Shown here: positions 46,589 to 56,078 of the stretch, piece after piece
Layout of the letters: each line of letters opens with the position of its first letter
Position numbering within the stretch: the stretch's first letter is position 1
NCBI GenBank assembly: GCA_024762675.1
Contig: JANTGZ010000001.1
Coordinates: 14,322 to 78,321 of the forward strand
DNA from: Thermodesulfobacteriota bacterium
GTDB taxonomy: Bacteria > Desulfobacterota > Anaeroferrophillalia > Anaeroferrophillales > Tharpellaceae
DNA length: 64,000 nt
Direction of reading: 5' to 3'
Notes under the pieces: generated by a model
Told to the model about the DNA's origin: nothing
Seen by the model: the letters and a program-made list of their open reading frames with translations, nothing else
Database searches by the model: none
Position numbers and translations under genes: made by a program

Positions 46589-49162
46589 TTAGTTTCCAGC
46601 CGGCAAAGCGTCAAGCATTAAATTGTCGCCAGAACCGTTATTCTGAAAACCGACGATTTCATCGGTTGCCGAGTAGGTGACAAAGGTCGCTTCGTTCAGC
46701 TCTTCGCTGTCGGGAAACAGTTCTTCGACCATGTCGACAAATTTTTCACCGGGGGTCAGGGTCATCAGCGTTGACCCAGACCCGACAATACTGCCGTCGT
46801 CTCGTCGTGCCTTAAGTTCTACGTTGACACTGCTGGTGCCGGGGTTGACGAAGGCGATGCCGGTCCAACCTTGATGGTCGATTTTCGGAAAAACTCCTTT
46901 GCTGGCACTTATGCCGACTCCGGTGTAGCCCCCGAGCTGAGCCCCAAAAGAGAATAGCTCAAAGCCGGTGATGCCGCTGTTGGCCTCAATTTTAAGCCAG
47001 TCAGTGCCGCTCGGCAGGCCGAGCTGGGACGCCAGGCCGATGTATTTCTTTACGCCGGCTTCCATCTCAACGTTTATCGCTGTAAGGGCAGTTCCGTCAC
47101 TTTGATAGGGTGTTACCGTGAAATGATCGTTGGCCGCAGTCGGATCGTAAGCTACGATTCCGGTCCACCAGCCGTTGTCACTGGCAATATGAGGGTAGAT
47201 GATGGTTGTCGTGAGCTCATTTTTGAGCAGGATGCCGCTCATCTGTAACGGGGGCGGACCGCTGGTGCCAAAGAGTTCGAGGCCGACAATGCCGTCGGCA
47301 TTTTTGATTTCTGCTGAATGGATATCGGGTTGTGAAATACCGTCGAAAAGTTGGGCAATTGTGAATGCCTGGTGGGTGCCGGCGGCCATGCTGACAGTTT
47401 TACTTGATCCGTTATCAAACTGTATCGTCAGGTTTTTGGTTTCCGTGGTGGTGTTGACCAAAGAGATTCCGGTCCACCAGCCGGGGAGGCTGGCAACATG
47501 AGAAATATAGAGAGACCCACTGTTGACTTCGGCCACTGTTGGTACTGCAACCCGGTAACCGCTGACCTGGTGCGAGAATTTAGTGTAGCCGGTTATGTCG
47601 TCGGCGGTAGTTGCAAAGACGATAAATCCGATTTGGGAGGGGTTGCTCAGTTCAGTGCCGACTGTTATCTGGCGCCGGGCCATTGTGTTTAAATTTATAG
47701 TTATGGGTGTGCCGATCTGATAGCCGGCATCACTGTAACTGATAAGTTGACCGCTGACGGCAGTTTCTCCAGTGTTGATGAGGGCTATTTCAGTCTCCCA
47801 GCCGCTATGGCTGGCGACGTGGGGGAAATAGATGCCGCTGGCAATAGGAGGCTTAGCAGCACTGTCAAAAAGATAGGCCGCCCCAGTCATGTCATCTTGT
47901 TCAGGTACCCCGACAAGGGCGTCACGGTTGCTGCTGATGTCGGCTGAAGCACCAAAAAAATCAAAATTATTAGCGTCGCTCGCCGTCAGCTTCTCCTTGA
48001 TGCCCCAATTGTTGCTGCCACCTTCATTACGTTCCAGTATATAAGCGGCTCCATTTGCTGTTCTTGGACCTAAGGTGTCGTGTCCCTGGGCGCCAACTAT
48101 TGCATAATCTCCGGCAATGCCAATCGATGTGCCGAAGTAATCAAGGGCAATGCCATCATTACTTGTGACTTTTTTAAGTTCTCCCCAGGAATTTGTACCG
48201 CCATTGTCTTTCTGATAGATGAATACAGCGCCGGCGCTCGAACCGTTAGGGTTGTTGTCGTTTGGACTTCCTGCTAAGGCAAATTCTCCGGAGATGGCAA
48301 CCGCAGTAGCAAATTCGTAGTAGGCAGCCCCGTCACTGGCGGCTAAGTCGGCGACTTTGCCCCAGTTATTACTGCCGCCCTGGTTACGGTTGAAAAGGTA
48401 GGCGAGACCGGAGTCGATACCGCTGTCATCAGTGCCAGGAGCTCCAACTACAGCATTGTCACCATCAAGGGCAACTGCGAAGCCGAAATTTTCAGCCCCT
48501 TCAAGGTTGAATAGGGTGGTGACACTGATTTTGCTCTCCTGCCCCCAGTTGTCATTGCCGCCTTGGTTGCGGTAAAAAATATAGGCGGCCCCAGCATTGG
48601 TGGTGTTGTCATCATCGCCCGGCATGCCAACAATAATGCGGTCGCCAGAGATTCCTACAGCGGTGCCGAAACCATCATCAGCATTGCCCTGGTCGGCTAC
48701 AAGTTTTTTAACTTGACTCCAGCTATCGCCCTGGCCTCGGGCAAATACAAAAGCTGTTCCCGAGGCGGAGCCGTTGTCGTCGTCTCCAGGAGCGCCTATG
48801 ACTATAAAATCGCCGGAAATAGCAACTGTCCAACCGAAAGCATCTCCGGATGCCCCATCACTAGCAGTGATTTTGCTTAACTGCCCCCAGTTATTACTGC
48901 CCCCCTGGTCGCGGGCAAAGATAAAAGCGGCTCCAGCCCCGGAGCCCTTATCATCATCTCCGGGTACGCCGACCACAGCATAGTCACCGGCAATAGCCAC
49001 CGCGTGACCAAAACTGTCGTCATCGGAGAGTCCGGTTGCGGCCAATTTGTGCTCAGTGGCAGAGACAGTGAGGGATGTGCAGACAAGGATTGTTGTTGCA
49101 ATAAACATCATTATTGCCAGGCGATAAAAGTTCTTCATGGTTTTACTTCCTTCAGAGTTCAT
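46589..49162 (-). CDS. large secreted FG-GAP/integrin-alpha-like repeat protein with a C-terminal array of unassigned ~100-aa repeats
   Basis: Signal peptide. ~8 repeats of (GD..VVG.PGDDD.GS.AGAAFIF.R.QGG.NNWGQ). Then 4 repeats containing [Y/F]PH[IV]AS..GWWTGI. Confidence 0.7.
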   Translation of the reverse strand: MNSEGSKTMKNFYRLAIMMFIATTILVCTSLTVSATEHKLAATGLSDDDSFGHAVAIAGDYAVVGVPGDDDKGSGAGAAFIFARDQGGSNNWGQLSKITASDGASGDAFGWTVAISGDFIVIGAPGDDDNGSASGTAFVFARGQGDSWSQVKKLVADQGNADDGFGTAVGISGDRIIVGMPGDDDNTTNAGAAYIFYRNQGGNDNWGQESKISVTTLFNLEGAENFGFAVALDGDNAVVGAPGTDDSGIDSGLAYLFNRNQGGSNNWGKVADLAASDGAAYYEFATAVAISGEFALAGSPNDNNPNGSSAGAVFIYQKDNGGTNSWGELKKVTSNDGIALDYFGTSIGIAGDYAIVGAQGHDTLGPRTANGAAYILERNEGGSNNWGIKEKLTASDANNFDFFGASADISSNRDALVGVPEQDDMTGAAYLFDSAAKPPIASGIYFPHVASHSGWETEIALINTGETAVSGQLISYSDAGYQIGTPITINLNTMARRQITVGTELSNPSQIGFIVFATTADDITGYTKFSHQVSGYRVAVPTVAEVNSGSLYISHVASLPGWWTGISLVNTTTETKNLTIQFDNGSSKTVSMAAGTHQAFTIAQLFDGISQPDIHSAEIKNADGIVGLELFGTSGPPPLQMSGILLKNELTTTIIYPHIASDNGWWTGIVAYDPTAANDHFTVTPYQSDGTALTAINVEMEAGVKKYIGLASQLGLPSGTDWLKIEANSGITGFELFSFGAQLGGYTGVGISASKGVFPKIDHQGWTGIAFVNPGTSSVNVELKARRDDGSIVGSGSTLMTLTPGEKFVDMVEELFPDSEELNEATFVTYSATDEIVGFQNNGSGDNLMLDALPAGN

Positions 49163-49361
49163 GTTGTTTTACTTCGTTATGTTTAAATCATACTCTTTAA
49201 GTTTACTATACCACAAAGGGCACCGAGATCACAGAGAAAAAATGATTCAATTTTCTCCAGTTTCCAGGTGCCCTTGATTCGCTGCTCTTGATAATAAATA
49301 TTTTATTAAATATTTAATTTTTCGGTTGGAGTCTCTTCTGCTTGGCTTTGAGCCGGCCGGT

Positions 49362-51281
49362 TTATGGCAGGGGGAGGGTGATGGTAAATGTGGTGCCCTT
49401 GCCGGGTGTGCTTTTAACTGAGATGTTACCATTATGTTGCTCGATAATTCGATGTGCGATGGCCAGACCGAGGCCGGTGCCCAGGCTCTTGGTTGTAAAG
49501 AAAGGGTTGAAAATCGATTCCAGATCGGTTTTGTCAATACCCGACCCGGTGTCGCTGATTTCGATGGTTAAGTAGCAAATCTTAGGTGCACAGTAGATGG
49601 TTTCCGCAGTCGTATCTTGAGCATTTTCCGGCCACTGGGTTCGTATAGTCAGGTTGCCATTGTCTTCGGTAGCATCAAGGGCATTGATGATGATGTTGAG
49701 TAATACCTGTTGCAGGAGACCTTTATCGCCCTTAATTTGTGGTTGTCGGTCAGGTCCGTGGTTAAGTTCAAGGGTGATATTTTTCTGGCCAATTCTATTG
49801 GAAACCAGAAAAAGGGCATTGTCGATAACATCTTTGATGGTTAGAGCTTCGAACTTGGGATTACTGGGTCGGGCAAAACGAAGAAGATTTTTTATGAATT
49901 CATCAAGCCTTTTTACCTGGCTGAAGACCTCGTTGAAAATCTCTTGGTTAGGATCCTGTTTGTCAAAGTTTTTACCGATTATCTGGAGGGCTGCGGCGAT
50001 ACCGGCCAACGGGTTGCGGATTTCATGGGCGATGCCGGAGGCCAGTTCTCCCAGGGAAGCCAGGCGGTCCATGCGCGCCAGATTAGTTTCCATCTTTTTG
50101 CGTTGGGTGATGTCGATAAACATGCAGCTTAGGCCGGAGGTCTCTCCCTCCTTGTTTGTGATATTTGAAAAACAGACTTCAGTAGGTAACCTGGTCTGGT
50201 CGGCGCAGATCAGGTCAAACTCAGATAAGTATCCGGTTTTCTGGTCGATACCTTTGCCGCCACCGCTGAAAATTTCTCGGATTTCCTCCTCTTCAGCACT
50301 GAACAGGTCTATTAGTGAAGTACCGACCAGATCTTTTACTGAATGTCCCAGCAGGATACTGGCAGAATTATTTGAATGGGTGATTTTCAGGTTGGTATCG
50401 GCTGTAATCAGGCCGATTCTTAGGCCCTGGATGATGCTTTCATAGAAACTTTTAAGTTCTTCATTCACTTCCAGGTGTTGGGAAAGTTCTTTATTCTGGC
50501 GGGCGATCCGCATTACCATTTCGTGATGCTTCATGGCTCGGCCGATGGCCATCGCTGAGTGGGTGACGATGGCTGTGGCCATGCGGGCCTCTTCGTAACT
50601 GACCGGTTTGTCGCTTTCAGGTTTGTCGGCCAGAACGTAGCCGTAGAAGTTATGATCATCACAGATCGGGATGATCAAAAAAGCGGTCGCATTACCGATC
50701 ATGGACTCGATGGTTTCGTCATGCTGGTAGTAGGTCAGGATTGAATAATGGCGAAAGCGGCCTTCATTGCTCAGCAGTTTGTCGAAGGCGCAGGCCTTGT
50801 CCACTCCTTTAAAACAGACATTGATGTTCTGTCTCTGTTTACGGCCTTGACGGCCACGGAAATTATCTTTGAAGATTCCGCATTTGACTTCAAGTGAGTT
50901 GGGCTGCAACTCTTCTTCTGTTTTTTCTGAAGGTTTTGATTTTATAACATTTAACGGTTCTCGATCAGCATAGGCTCTTTTCAGTAAGCCATTTACCTGG
51001 GCAAAGGGGACATTGATTTCCTGAGCGCTGTCAAAGCCATAGCTGGCCCGGCTTTCGAGGTTTTTGTCCTGCTGGTCATAATAGAGTACTACAAGGCGCT
51101 CCAGATCGGTGGTGCTGATGATATCTTCAGCAACATGGTTTAATAGAGTGTCGACGACATCAGCCCGAGCCATGCGGGTGACGCTGCGGTAGAGATAGCG
51201 AAGATCCTGTACGCGCTGGTCGCTATCTTCCATTGTCGTTTGATCGCTCATGAGATCACTTTTGTCTTGTGGTGGGCACAA
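49362..51281 (-). CDS. cytoplasmic sensor histidine kinase with GAF/PAS sensory domains
   Basis: HisKA H-box (HEIRNPLAGI) and HATPase_c (G-boxes DTGSGI; GTGLGLAI). No TM segment. Confidence 0.85.
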   Translation of the reverse strand: MCPPQDKSDLMSDQTTMEDSDQRVQDLRYLYRSVTRMARADVVDTLLNHVAEDIISTTDLERLVVLYYDQQDKNLESRASYGFDSAQEINVPFAQVNGLLKRAYADREPLNVIKSKPSEKTEEELQPNSLEVKCGIFKDNFRGRQGRKQRQNINVCFKGVDKACAFDKLLSNEGRFRHYSILTYYQHDETIESMIGNATAFLIIPICDDHNFYGYVLADKPESDKPVSYEEARMATAIVTHSAMAIGRAMKHHEMVMRIARQNKELSQHLEVNEELKSFYESIIQGLRIGLITADTNLKITHSNNSASILLGHSVKDLVGTSLIDLFSAEEEEIREIFSGGGKGIDQKTGYLSEFDLICADQTRLPTEVCFSNITNKEGETSGLSCMFIDITQRKKMETNLARMDRLASLGELASGIAHEIRNPLAGIAAALQIIGKNFDKQDPNQEIFNEVFSQVKRLDEFIKNLLRFARPSNPKFEALTIKDVIDNALFLVSNRIGQKNITLELNHGPDRQPQIKGDKGLLQQVLLNIIINALDATEDNGNLTIRTQWPENAQDTTAETIYCAPKICYLTIEISDTGSGIDKTDLESIFNPFFTTKSLGTGLGLAIAHRIIEQHNGNISVKSTPGKGTTFTITLPLP

Positions 51282-51349
51282 TTGTCAGTATGTTCAGAGT
51301 TCAGTTTTTTTGGTTTAACTCTAAACATACTGAACTCTGAACGGTAAAT

Positions 51350-52126
51350 TTACAGATTCAGATTGTGTGCGGTGCTGTGGCACTCTCCGCAAGTCGGGAA
51401 TTTCTTCATGATGCCAGGTGAATGCGGGACGCCATGGCAATCCTGGCAGGCCGGAACCATTTTGTGCTTCTCTTTGTGGCAAGCGGCGCAGGATAGAGCA
51501 TGGTGTTTAGTCGTACTGGCAGTCAGCTGGCTTAAAGCTTCATCGTGACATGAGCCGCAGCCCTCCGATGGCGTGGCGTCGTTGTAGACCACGACCAGGG
51601 GTTTATGGGCCTGATGACACTGGGCACAATCAGCCTGAACCATGGTTTCGCCGTGGGGTTCGTGACAGCTTACGCAGAGTGGTATCTGAGCATGTTCCTG
51701 GTGACAGGCGGTACATGCCATGGTTGTATGGAAGCTTTTGTTTTCCTGGAGTAGGGTTCCCTGTTCCTGGTGGCAGGTCAGGCAGGCCCCGGTGATATCC
51801 TTGGCTAGCTGCAGAACCAGGGGCATATGAGGGTTGTTGTGGCAGCTTAGGCAGTTTTCCAGTTCATAATGGGATTTGCCACTGTGACAGCTGTCGCAGG
51901 TGGGGATGTTTTCGCGAACAGTGGGGGGGTGGCCTTCGTGGCACTCCATACAGGTCACTGCTGTTTTATGGGCTCCGCCCTGGGCTTCAATGTCGGCCGG
52001 AGGCTGGGTGTGGCACTTGATACAGTCATCATTGCTGAGTTCGGCTGCCAAGCTTAAAGATGTGAAAGTCAGGATCAGCCCAGCGCTGATTATAAGTGCC
52101 ACCAGGATTGTCGTCAGCCTTTTCAT
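51350..52126 (-). CDS. dodecaheme c-type cytochrome (c7-type polymer-like), periplasmic
   Basis: Signal peptide plus 12 CxxCH motifs counted in 258 aa, many as CxxCHxxH. Confidence 0.9.
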   Translation of the reverse strand: MKRLTTILVALIISAGLILTFTSLSLAAELSNDDCIKCHTQPPADIEAQGGAHKTAVTCMECHEGHPPTVRENIPTCDSCHSGKSHYELENCLSCHNNPHMPLVLQLAKDITGACLTCHQEQGTLLQENKSFHTTMACTACHQEHAQIPLCVSCHEPHGETMVQADCAQCHQAHKPLVVVYNDATPSEGCGSCHDEALSQLTASTTKHHALSCAACHKEKHKMVPACQDCHGVPHSPGIMKKFPTCGECHSTAHNLNL

Positions 52127-52493
52127 GTTTTTTTCTCCCCATTTTTAACAGTTTAAAATAATTGTTTTTATAAGAAATCCGCACTATTAAAAAATATCCC
52201 CAAACTCAACAGCAATGATTGTACCTTGATGATTCCATGTTTAAATTTACTCTGGAGATCCTTTTTCGAAAGTTTTATGTTTCAGTTGCAGCTATGCTTT
52301 TGCCCTCAATCTTATTTTTATAGACTCTCTTATTGGGCTTGGCATTCAAAACGATATGATGTATTAAATTACGCCACCACTCTATGCCATATGACCCATT
52401 CGGGTTAAATGCCGCAGTGCGTAGATGTTTGAGGACTATTATTTTATTGGCTTACGTGGCTTTCGCATAAATATTGCTAGGCTATAACGGTTT

Positions 52494-52613
52494 AGTGCCT
52501 TACAGAACATTTTCTTGTTTTTTTTAACAAGAAAATGTTCTTATAAGAGCACTTATTTGCGGGCCGATAGGGCTTGGTTGGATTGCGGGATTGTTCCCCG
52601 CATTAGATATTTC
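52494..52613. repeat. copy B of ~110-bp intergenic palindromic repeat element (REP/MITE-like)
   Basis: Contains the perfect 15-bp inverted repeat gaacattttcttgtt/aacaagaaaatgttc and the gcgggattgttccccgc hairpin. About 90% identical to 8986-9091. Confidence 0.7.
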
Positions 52614-52703
52614 ACATGAGTATGTTACGGTTGATTTTTGTTTCCCCTCTCTGCTACATTAATATATAGTTAAACAGTCAACTTTTCTGGAGGTAAGACG
52701 GGA

Positions 52704-54116
52704 ATGTCAAGTAAACGGGTTCTGGTTGTCGATGATGAACACCTGATACGCTGGTCTTTGGTCAGGGCCCTTGATGAAGCGGGATATCAAGTTGAGGCGG
52801 CAGAGACCGGAGCCGAAGCTCGCACTAAATATCGCGATTTCAGGCCTCATGCGGTGCTTCTTGATATATGTTTGCCTGATGCTGTTGGGACTGATCTCTT
52901 GAAGGAGTTCAAGGCCGATGACAAAGATTTAGTTGTCATTATGATCACAGCCCATTCCGATGCCGACTCTGCCGTCAGCGCTCTCAAGATTGGGGCTACT
53001 GATTATGTCGGTAAGCCTTTTGACCTCGAAGATGTCCTGCATTCAATTGAGCAGGCTCTTGAAAAACAGCGGCTACAGGATGAAAATGCCTATTTTCGTC
53101 GAGTCCTTAAAGATAAAATAGAACGTGACAACCTGGTTGGTAACTGTCCAAAAATGATCGAGGTCTATAAGCTTATCAAGATTGCGGCCGATGCCGATGC
53201 CAAAACTGTTCTGATTACCGGCGCCAGCGGTACCGGTAAAGAGTTGGTTGCCCGGGGAGTCCACATGCACAGCTCTCGTTCGAAAGAGCCTTTTATAGAT
53301 GTCAATTGTGCCGCCATTCCTGAATCACTGTTGGAAAATGAACTTTTTGGTCACGAACGAGGAGCCTATACAGATGCCTCCCAGAAGCAGAAAGGTATTT
53401 TTGAGATGGCCGGGGGAGGCACTGTTTTTCTTGATGAGATTGGAGATATGCCTATCGGTATGCAGGCCAAAGTTCTGAAAGTGATTGAAAATCGGAGTTA
53501 TCGGCGCCTCGGTGGCGATAACGATGTCCTTTCCGATGCCCGGATTGTGGCTGCGACCAATCAGGATCTAACAAGCATGGTCAAGGAAGGGAAATTTCGC
53601 GCAGATCTTTTTTACCGCTTGAATGTGATGCCCATCAAACTGCCTTCTCTGGTCGAGCGGAAAATGGATATTCCTCAACTGGCGGCCTATTTCATCAACC
53701 GTTTTAATGAAGAGTATGGTCGTAATATTGATGGGGTTGATGCTCAAACTATGCATCACCTTATGTCATATGACTGGCCCGGTAATGTTCGTGAGCTCCG
53801 TAATGCCATTGAACGGGCGATGATGCTCGAGCGTGGCAGCAGTCTCACTTCACAACATTTCAGCTCGGAAATTATTAATGCCGGCAAGTCTGCAGAGGGT
53901 AGCAGCGCTGATGAAGCTACGGCTGAAGATGATTGCTTCTCCTTTGGACAGGTAAAGCTGCCCAAAGATGGAATCTCTCTCGAAGAAGTTGAAAAACAGC
54001 TCATCCAGATGGCCTTGAAGCGTTGGAATGGTAATCAGACCAAGGCTGCCGAATGCCTGCGCATGAGTCGAGATACTTTGCGCTACCGGATGAAGAAATT
54101 CGGTCTTCCGAAATAG
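52704..54116 (+). CDS. sigma-54-dependent response regulator (NtrC family: receiver + AAA+ + HTH)
   Basis: Receiver (VLVVDDEHLIRW...D) plus sigma-54 activation domain (GASGTGKE; GAYTDA) plus C-terminal HTH. Confidence 0.9.
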   Translation: MSSKRVLVVDDEHLIRWSLVRALDEAGYQVEAAETGAEARTKYRDFRPHAVLLDICLPDAVGTDLLKEFKADDKDLVVIMITAHSDADSAVSALKIGATDYVGKPFDLEDVLHSIEQALEKQRLQDENAYFRRVLKDKIERDNLVGNCPKMIEVYKLIKIAADADAKTVLITGASGTGKELVARGVHMHSSRSKEPFIDVNCAAIPESLLENELFGHERGAYTDASQKQKGIFEMAGGGTVFLDEIGDMPIGMQAKVLKVIENRSYRRLGGDNDVLSDARIVAATNQDLTSMVKEGKFRADLFYRLNVMPIKLPSLVERKMDIPQLAAYFINRFNEEYGRNIDGVDAQTMHHLMSYDWPGNVRELRNAIERAMMLERGSSLTSQHFSSEIINAGKSAEGSSADEATAEDDCFSFGQVKLPKDGISLEEVEKQLIQMALKRWNGNQTKAAECLRMSRDTLRYRMKKFGLPK

Positions 54117-54214
54117 CTTTTCAGTTTATTGTTTTAATAGAAGCACCACAGAGAACACAGAGAAAAACTTAATTTTGCCTTTTTGGTTCCGGCCTTGCCG
54201 GATTGGGGATAGGT

Positions 54215-55573
54215 ATGAAAAATCATAAAATTATCTTTCATTTTGCGAGGCTGATCAGTTTTTTTGTTATTGTGATTTCGCCTCTTTTTTTTACGCAATC
54301 GATTTTGGCCGCCTGTCTGACCAGCTCCTGTCATCAGCAATTAAAAACTTTTGCCCAACTTCACGAGCCTTTGGTTGAAGGAGAGTGCCAGGCCTGTCAC
54401 GAGCGTGTGGTTGAAGAGCATCCCTTAAAAAAAGGGTCAAGTTTCAAATTGGTCGCTGATGGGGCAGCCTTGTGTCTTGAATGTCATGACGCTTTTGATC
54501 CAGCCTCCGGTAAGCTTCATGATGCTGTGGCTGAGGGTGAATGTTTGGCCTGTCATAACCCCCATGGCAGTAACGGTGACGGTCTGTTGCAGGCAGGTGG
54601 CGATCTTAAAGTGATCTGTTTCGAGTGCCATGACGGAACTCCTTTTGCACAGGAATTCGTCCATGGTCCGGCTGCAGCCGGGGTTTGTCTCGAGTGTCAT
54701 GATCCTCACCAATCAAATAATGAGGCGCTCCTACTGCATGATTCCAAATCTTTATGTCTACGTTGTCACGCTGACCTGGCTACAGGCCTGGAAGATGCAA
54801 CCGTCATTCATGCACCTCTAAATGATGAAGCTTGTAACTCCTGCCATGAAGTCCACGCTAGCCCTTTTGCTCATCTTCTTAAAGGGGATGGCCCCAAATT
54901 CTGTTTTTCCTGCCATAAAGAGCTGGCTGACAAATATAATAAGGCCGGTACTAAACACACTGCTCTCTATAAGGATGGTCGTTGTGGTAATTGTCACGCC
55001 CCCCATTTTTCAAGTTACGCAGCCTTGCTGCCGGAACGTGAAAGTGATGTCTGTCTGCGCTGTCATGGCAAGGATGATTTCCATCGTTCGAAGGCCTTGA
55101 AAAATATCCGTACCGAACTGACCGAAAAAGAGCATCTGCACGGCCCCTTGAACGACGGAGACTGCTCAGCTTGTCATGATCCGCACGGTTCCGACTTCTA
55201 TCGGCTCCTGGTTAATGACTATCCTGAAAGTTTTTACGCTCCCTATCGTAAAGGGACTTACGCTTTCTGCCTTAGCTGCCATGAAGAGAATCTTCTGCGT
55301 TTTCCGGAGACCTCCATCTATACCCTTTTTCGGGATGGCAAACGCAACCTGCACTACACCCATGTTGCTGACCCTCGCAAAGGCCGCAGTTGTCGGGCCT
55401 GTCATCAGGCTCATGCCAGTAACGGCCCCAAGTTGGTAAACGAGGATGGGGCTCCTTTTGGGAACTGGAAAATCCCTCTGCGACTGGTCCTGACCGAGAC
55501 CGGCGGCAGTTGTTCTCCCGGTTGTCATCGTCGCATGTCTTACGATCGTAAAAATCCTGTAATAAAAAAATAG
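54215..55573 (+). CDS. periplasmic multiheme c-type cytochrome (13 CxxCH + CxxxCH + Cx4CH)
   Basis: Start at ATG 54215 (the track's upstream TTG is unlikely). Signal peptide. 13 canonical CxxCH motifs. One CSPGCH near the C-terminus and one CLTSSCH near the N-terminus. Confidence 0.88.
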   Translation: MKNHKIIFHFARLISFFVIVISPLFFTQSILAACLTSSCHQQLKTFAQLHEPLVEGECQACHERVVEEHPLKKGSSFKLVADGAALCLECHDAFDPASGKLHDAVAEGECLACHNPHGSNGDGLLQAGGDLKVICFECHDGTPFAQEFVHGPAAAGVCLECHDPHQSNNEALLLHDSKSLCLRCHADLATGLEDATVIHAPLNDEACNSCHEVHASPFAHLLKGDGPKFCFSCHKELADKYNKAGTKHTALYKDGRCGNCHAPHFSSYAALLPERESDVCLRCHGKDDFHRSKALKNIRTELTEKEHLHGPLNDGDCSACHDPHGSDFYRLLVNDYPESFYAPYRKGTYAFCLSCHEENLLRFPETSIYTLFRDGKRNLHYTHVADPRKGRSCRACHQAHASNGPKLVNEDGAPFGNWKIPLRLVLTETGGSCSPGCHRRMSYDRKNPVIKK

Positions 55574-55900
55574 TATTAAACAGTTCAACGTTCAAAGTTA
55601 AAAGTTCAGGGTTAAGGTCAAAAGCAAGTTTAAGGGCAAAAGCAGTGCAAAAGTCAAACTCGGAGCTGCTTTGGCCTTTTTTTCTCATCGAGAAAACTTA
55701 AACATTGAACTTTGAACTGCCTGAGCGATATCCCCCTTGTGCCTGACCGTTATGGTGGGGTAAGTGCCCCACTTGGGTGTCGACCAGTTCTCAGGGGCTT
55801 TTTGCCGGCTTTTTATGTTTCTCAAGCGGTCTCTTTAAACTGTTGAATATATTTGCTTTTTTAAAGTTGTAGTGCTCTTTTTCACTGACTTTATGAATTT

Positions 55901-55916
55901 TGGCACAATATATGCT
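55901..55916 (+). promoter_or_regulatory. candidate sigma-54 (-24/-12) promoter TGGCAC-aatat-ATGCT
   Basis: Perfect -24 TGGCAC with correct spacing to a GC-containing -12. Lies ~160 nt upstream of the tetraheme cytochrome start. Palindrome GTGGGGtaagtGCCCCAC at ~55758-55775 upstream could be an activator site. Confidence 0.45.
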
Positions 55917-56078
55917 CTCTGTCATTATAGATTTGCTTAGATCAGCATTTTAAGTTGTTTTAGGTCTTTTGGGGAAGATCTTGATTTTTGAAATGTTGCG
56001 ATAAAAAGACTGCACGTACAACTGGAAAAGAGAGTGGGAGCTTAACAACAAATAAATATGCCTGAGAGGAATATAATT

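Noticed and set aside
52226-52408. 60-aa ORF in the dodecaheme / response-regulator intergenic region
   Set aside because: Low-complexity, Cys/Phe-rich. No RBS. Lies in a promoter region that also hosts the repeat element. Judged spurious.
54184-54198. TGG-N8-TTGC sigma-54-like element right before the 14-heme cytochrome ATG (and a similar one at 61359-61373 before the heptaheme ATG)
   Set aside because: The -12 element is only ~14-17 nt from the start codon, leaving no room for a normal 5'UTR or RBS. I keep these as low-confidence observations in a finding rather than as promoter features. The better-placed site at 55901-55916 is the one I list.
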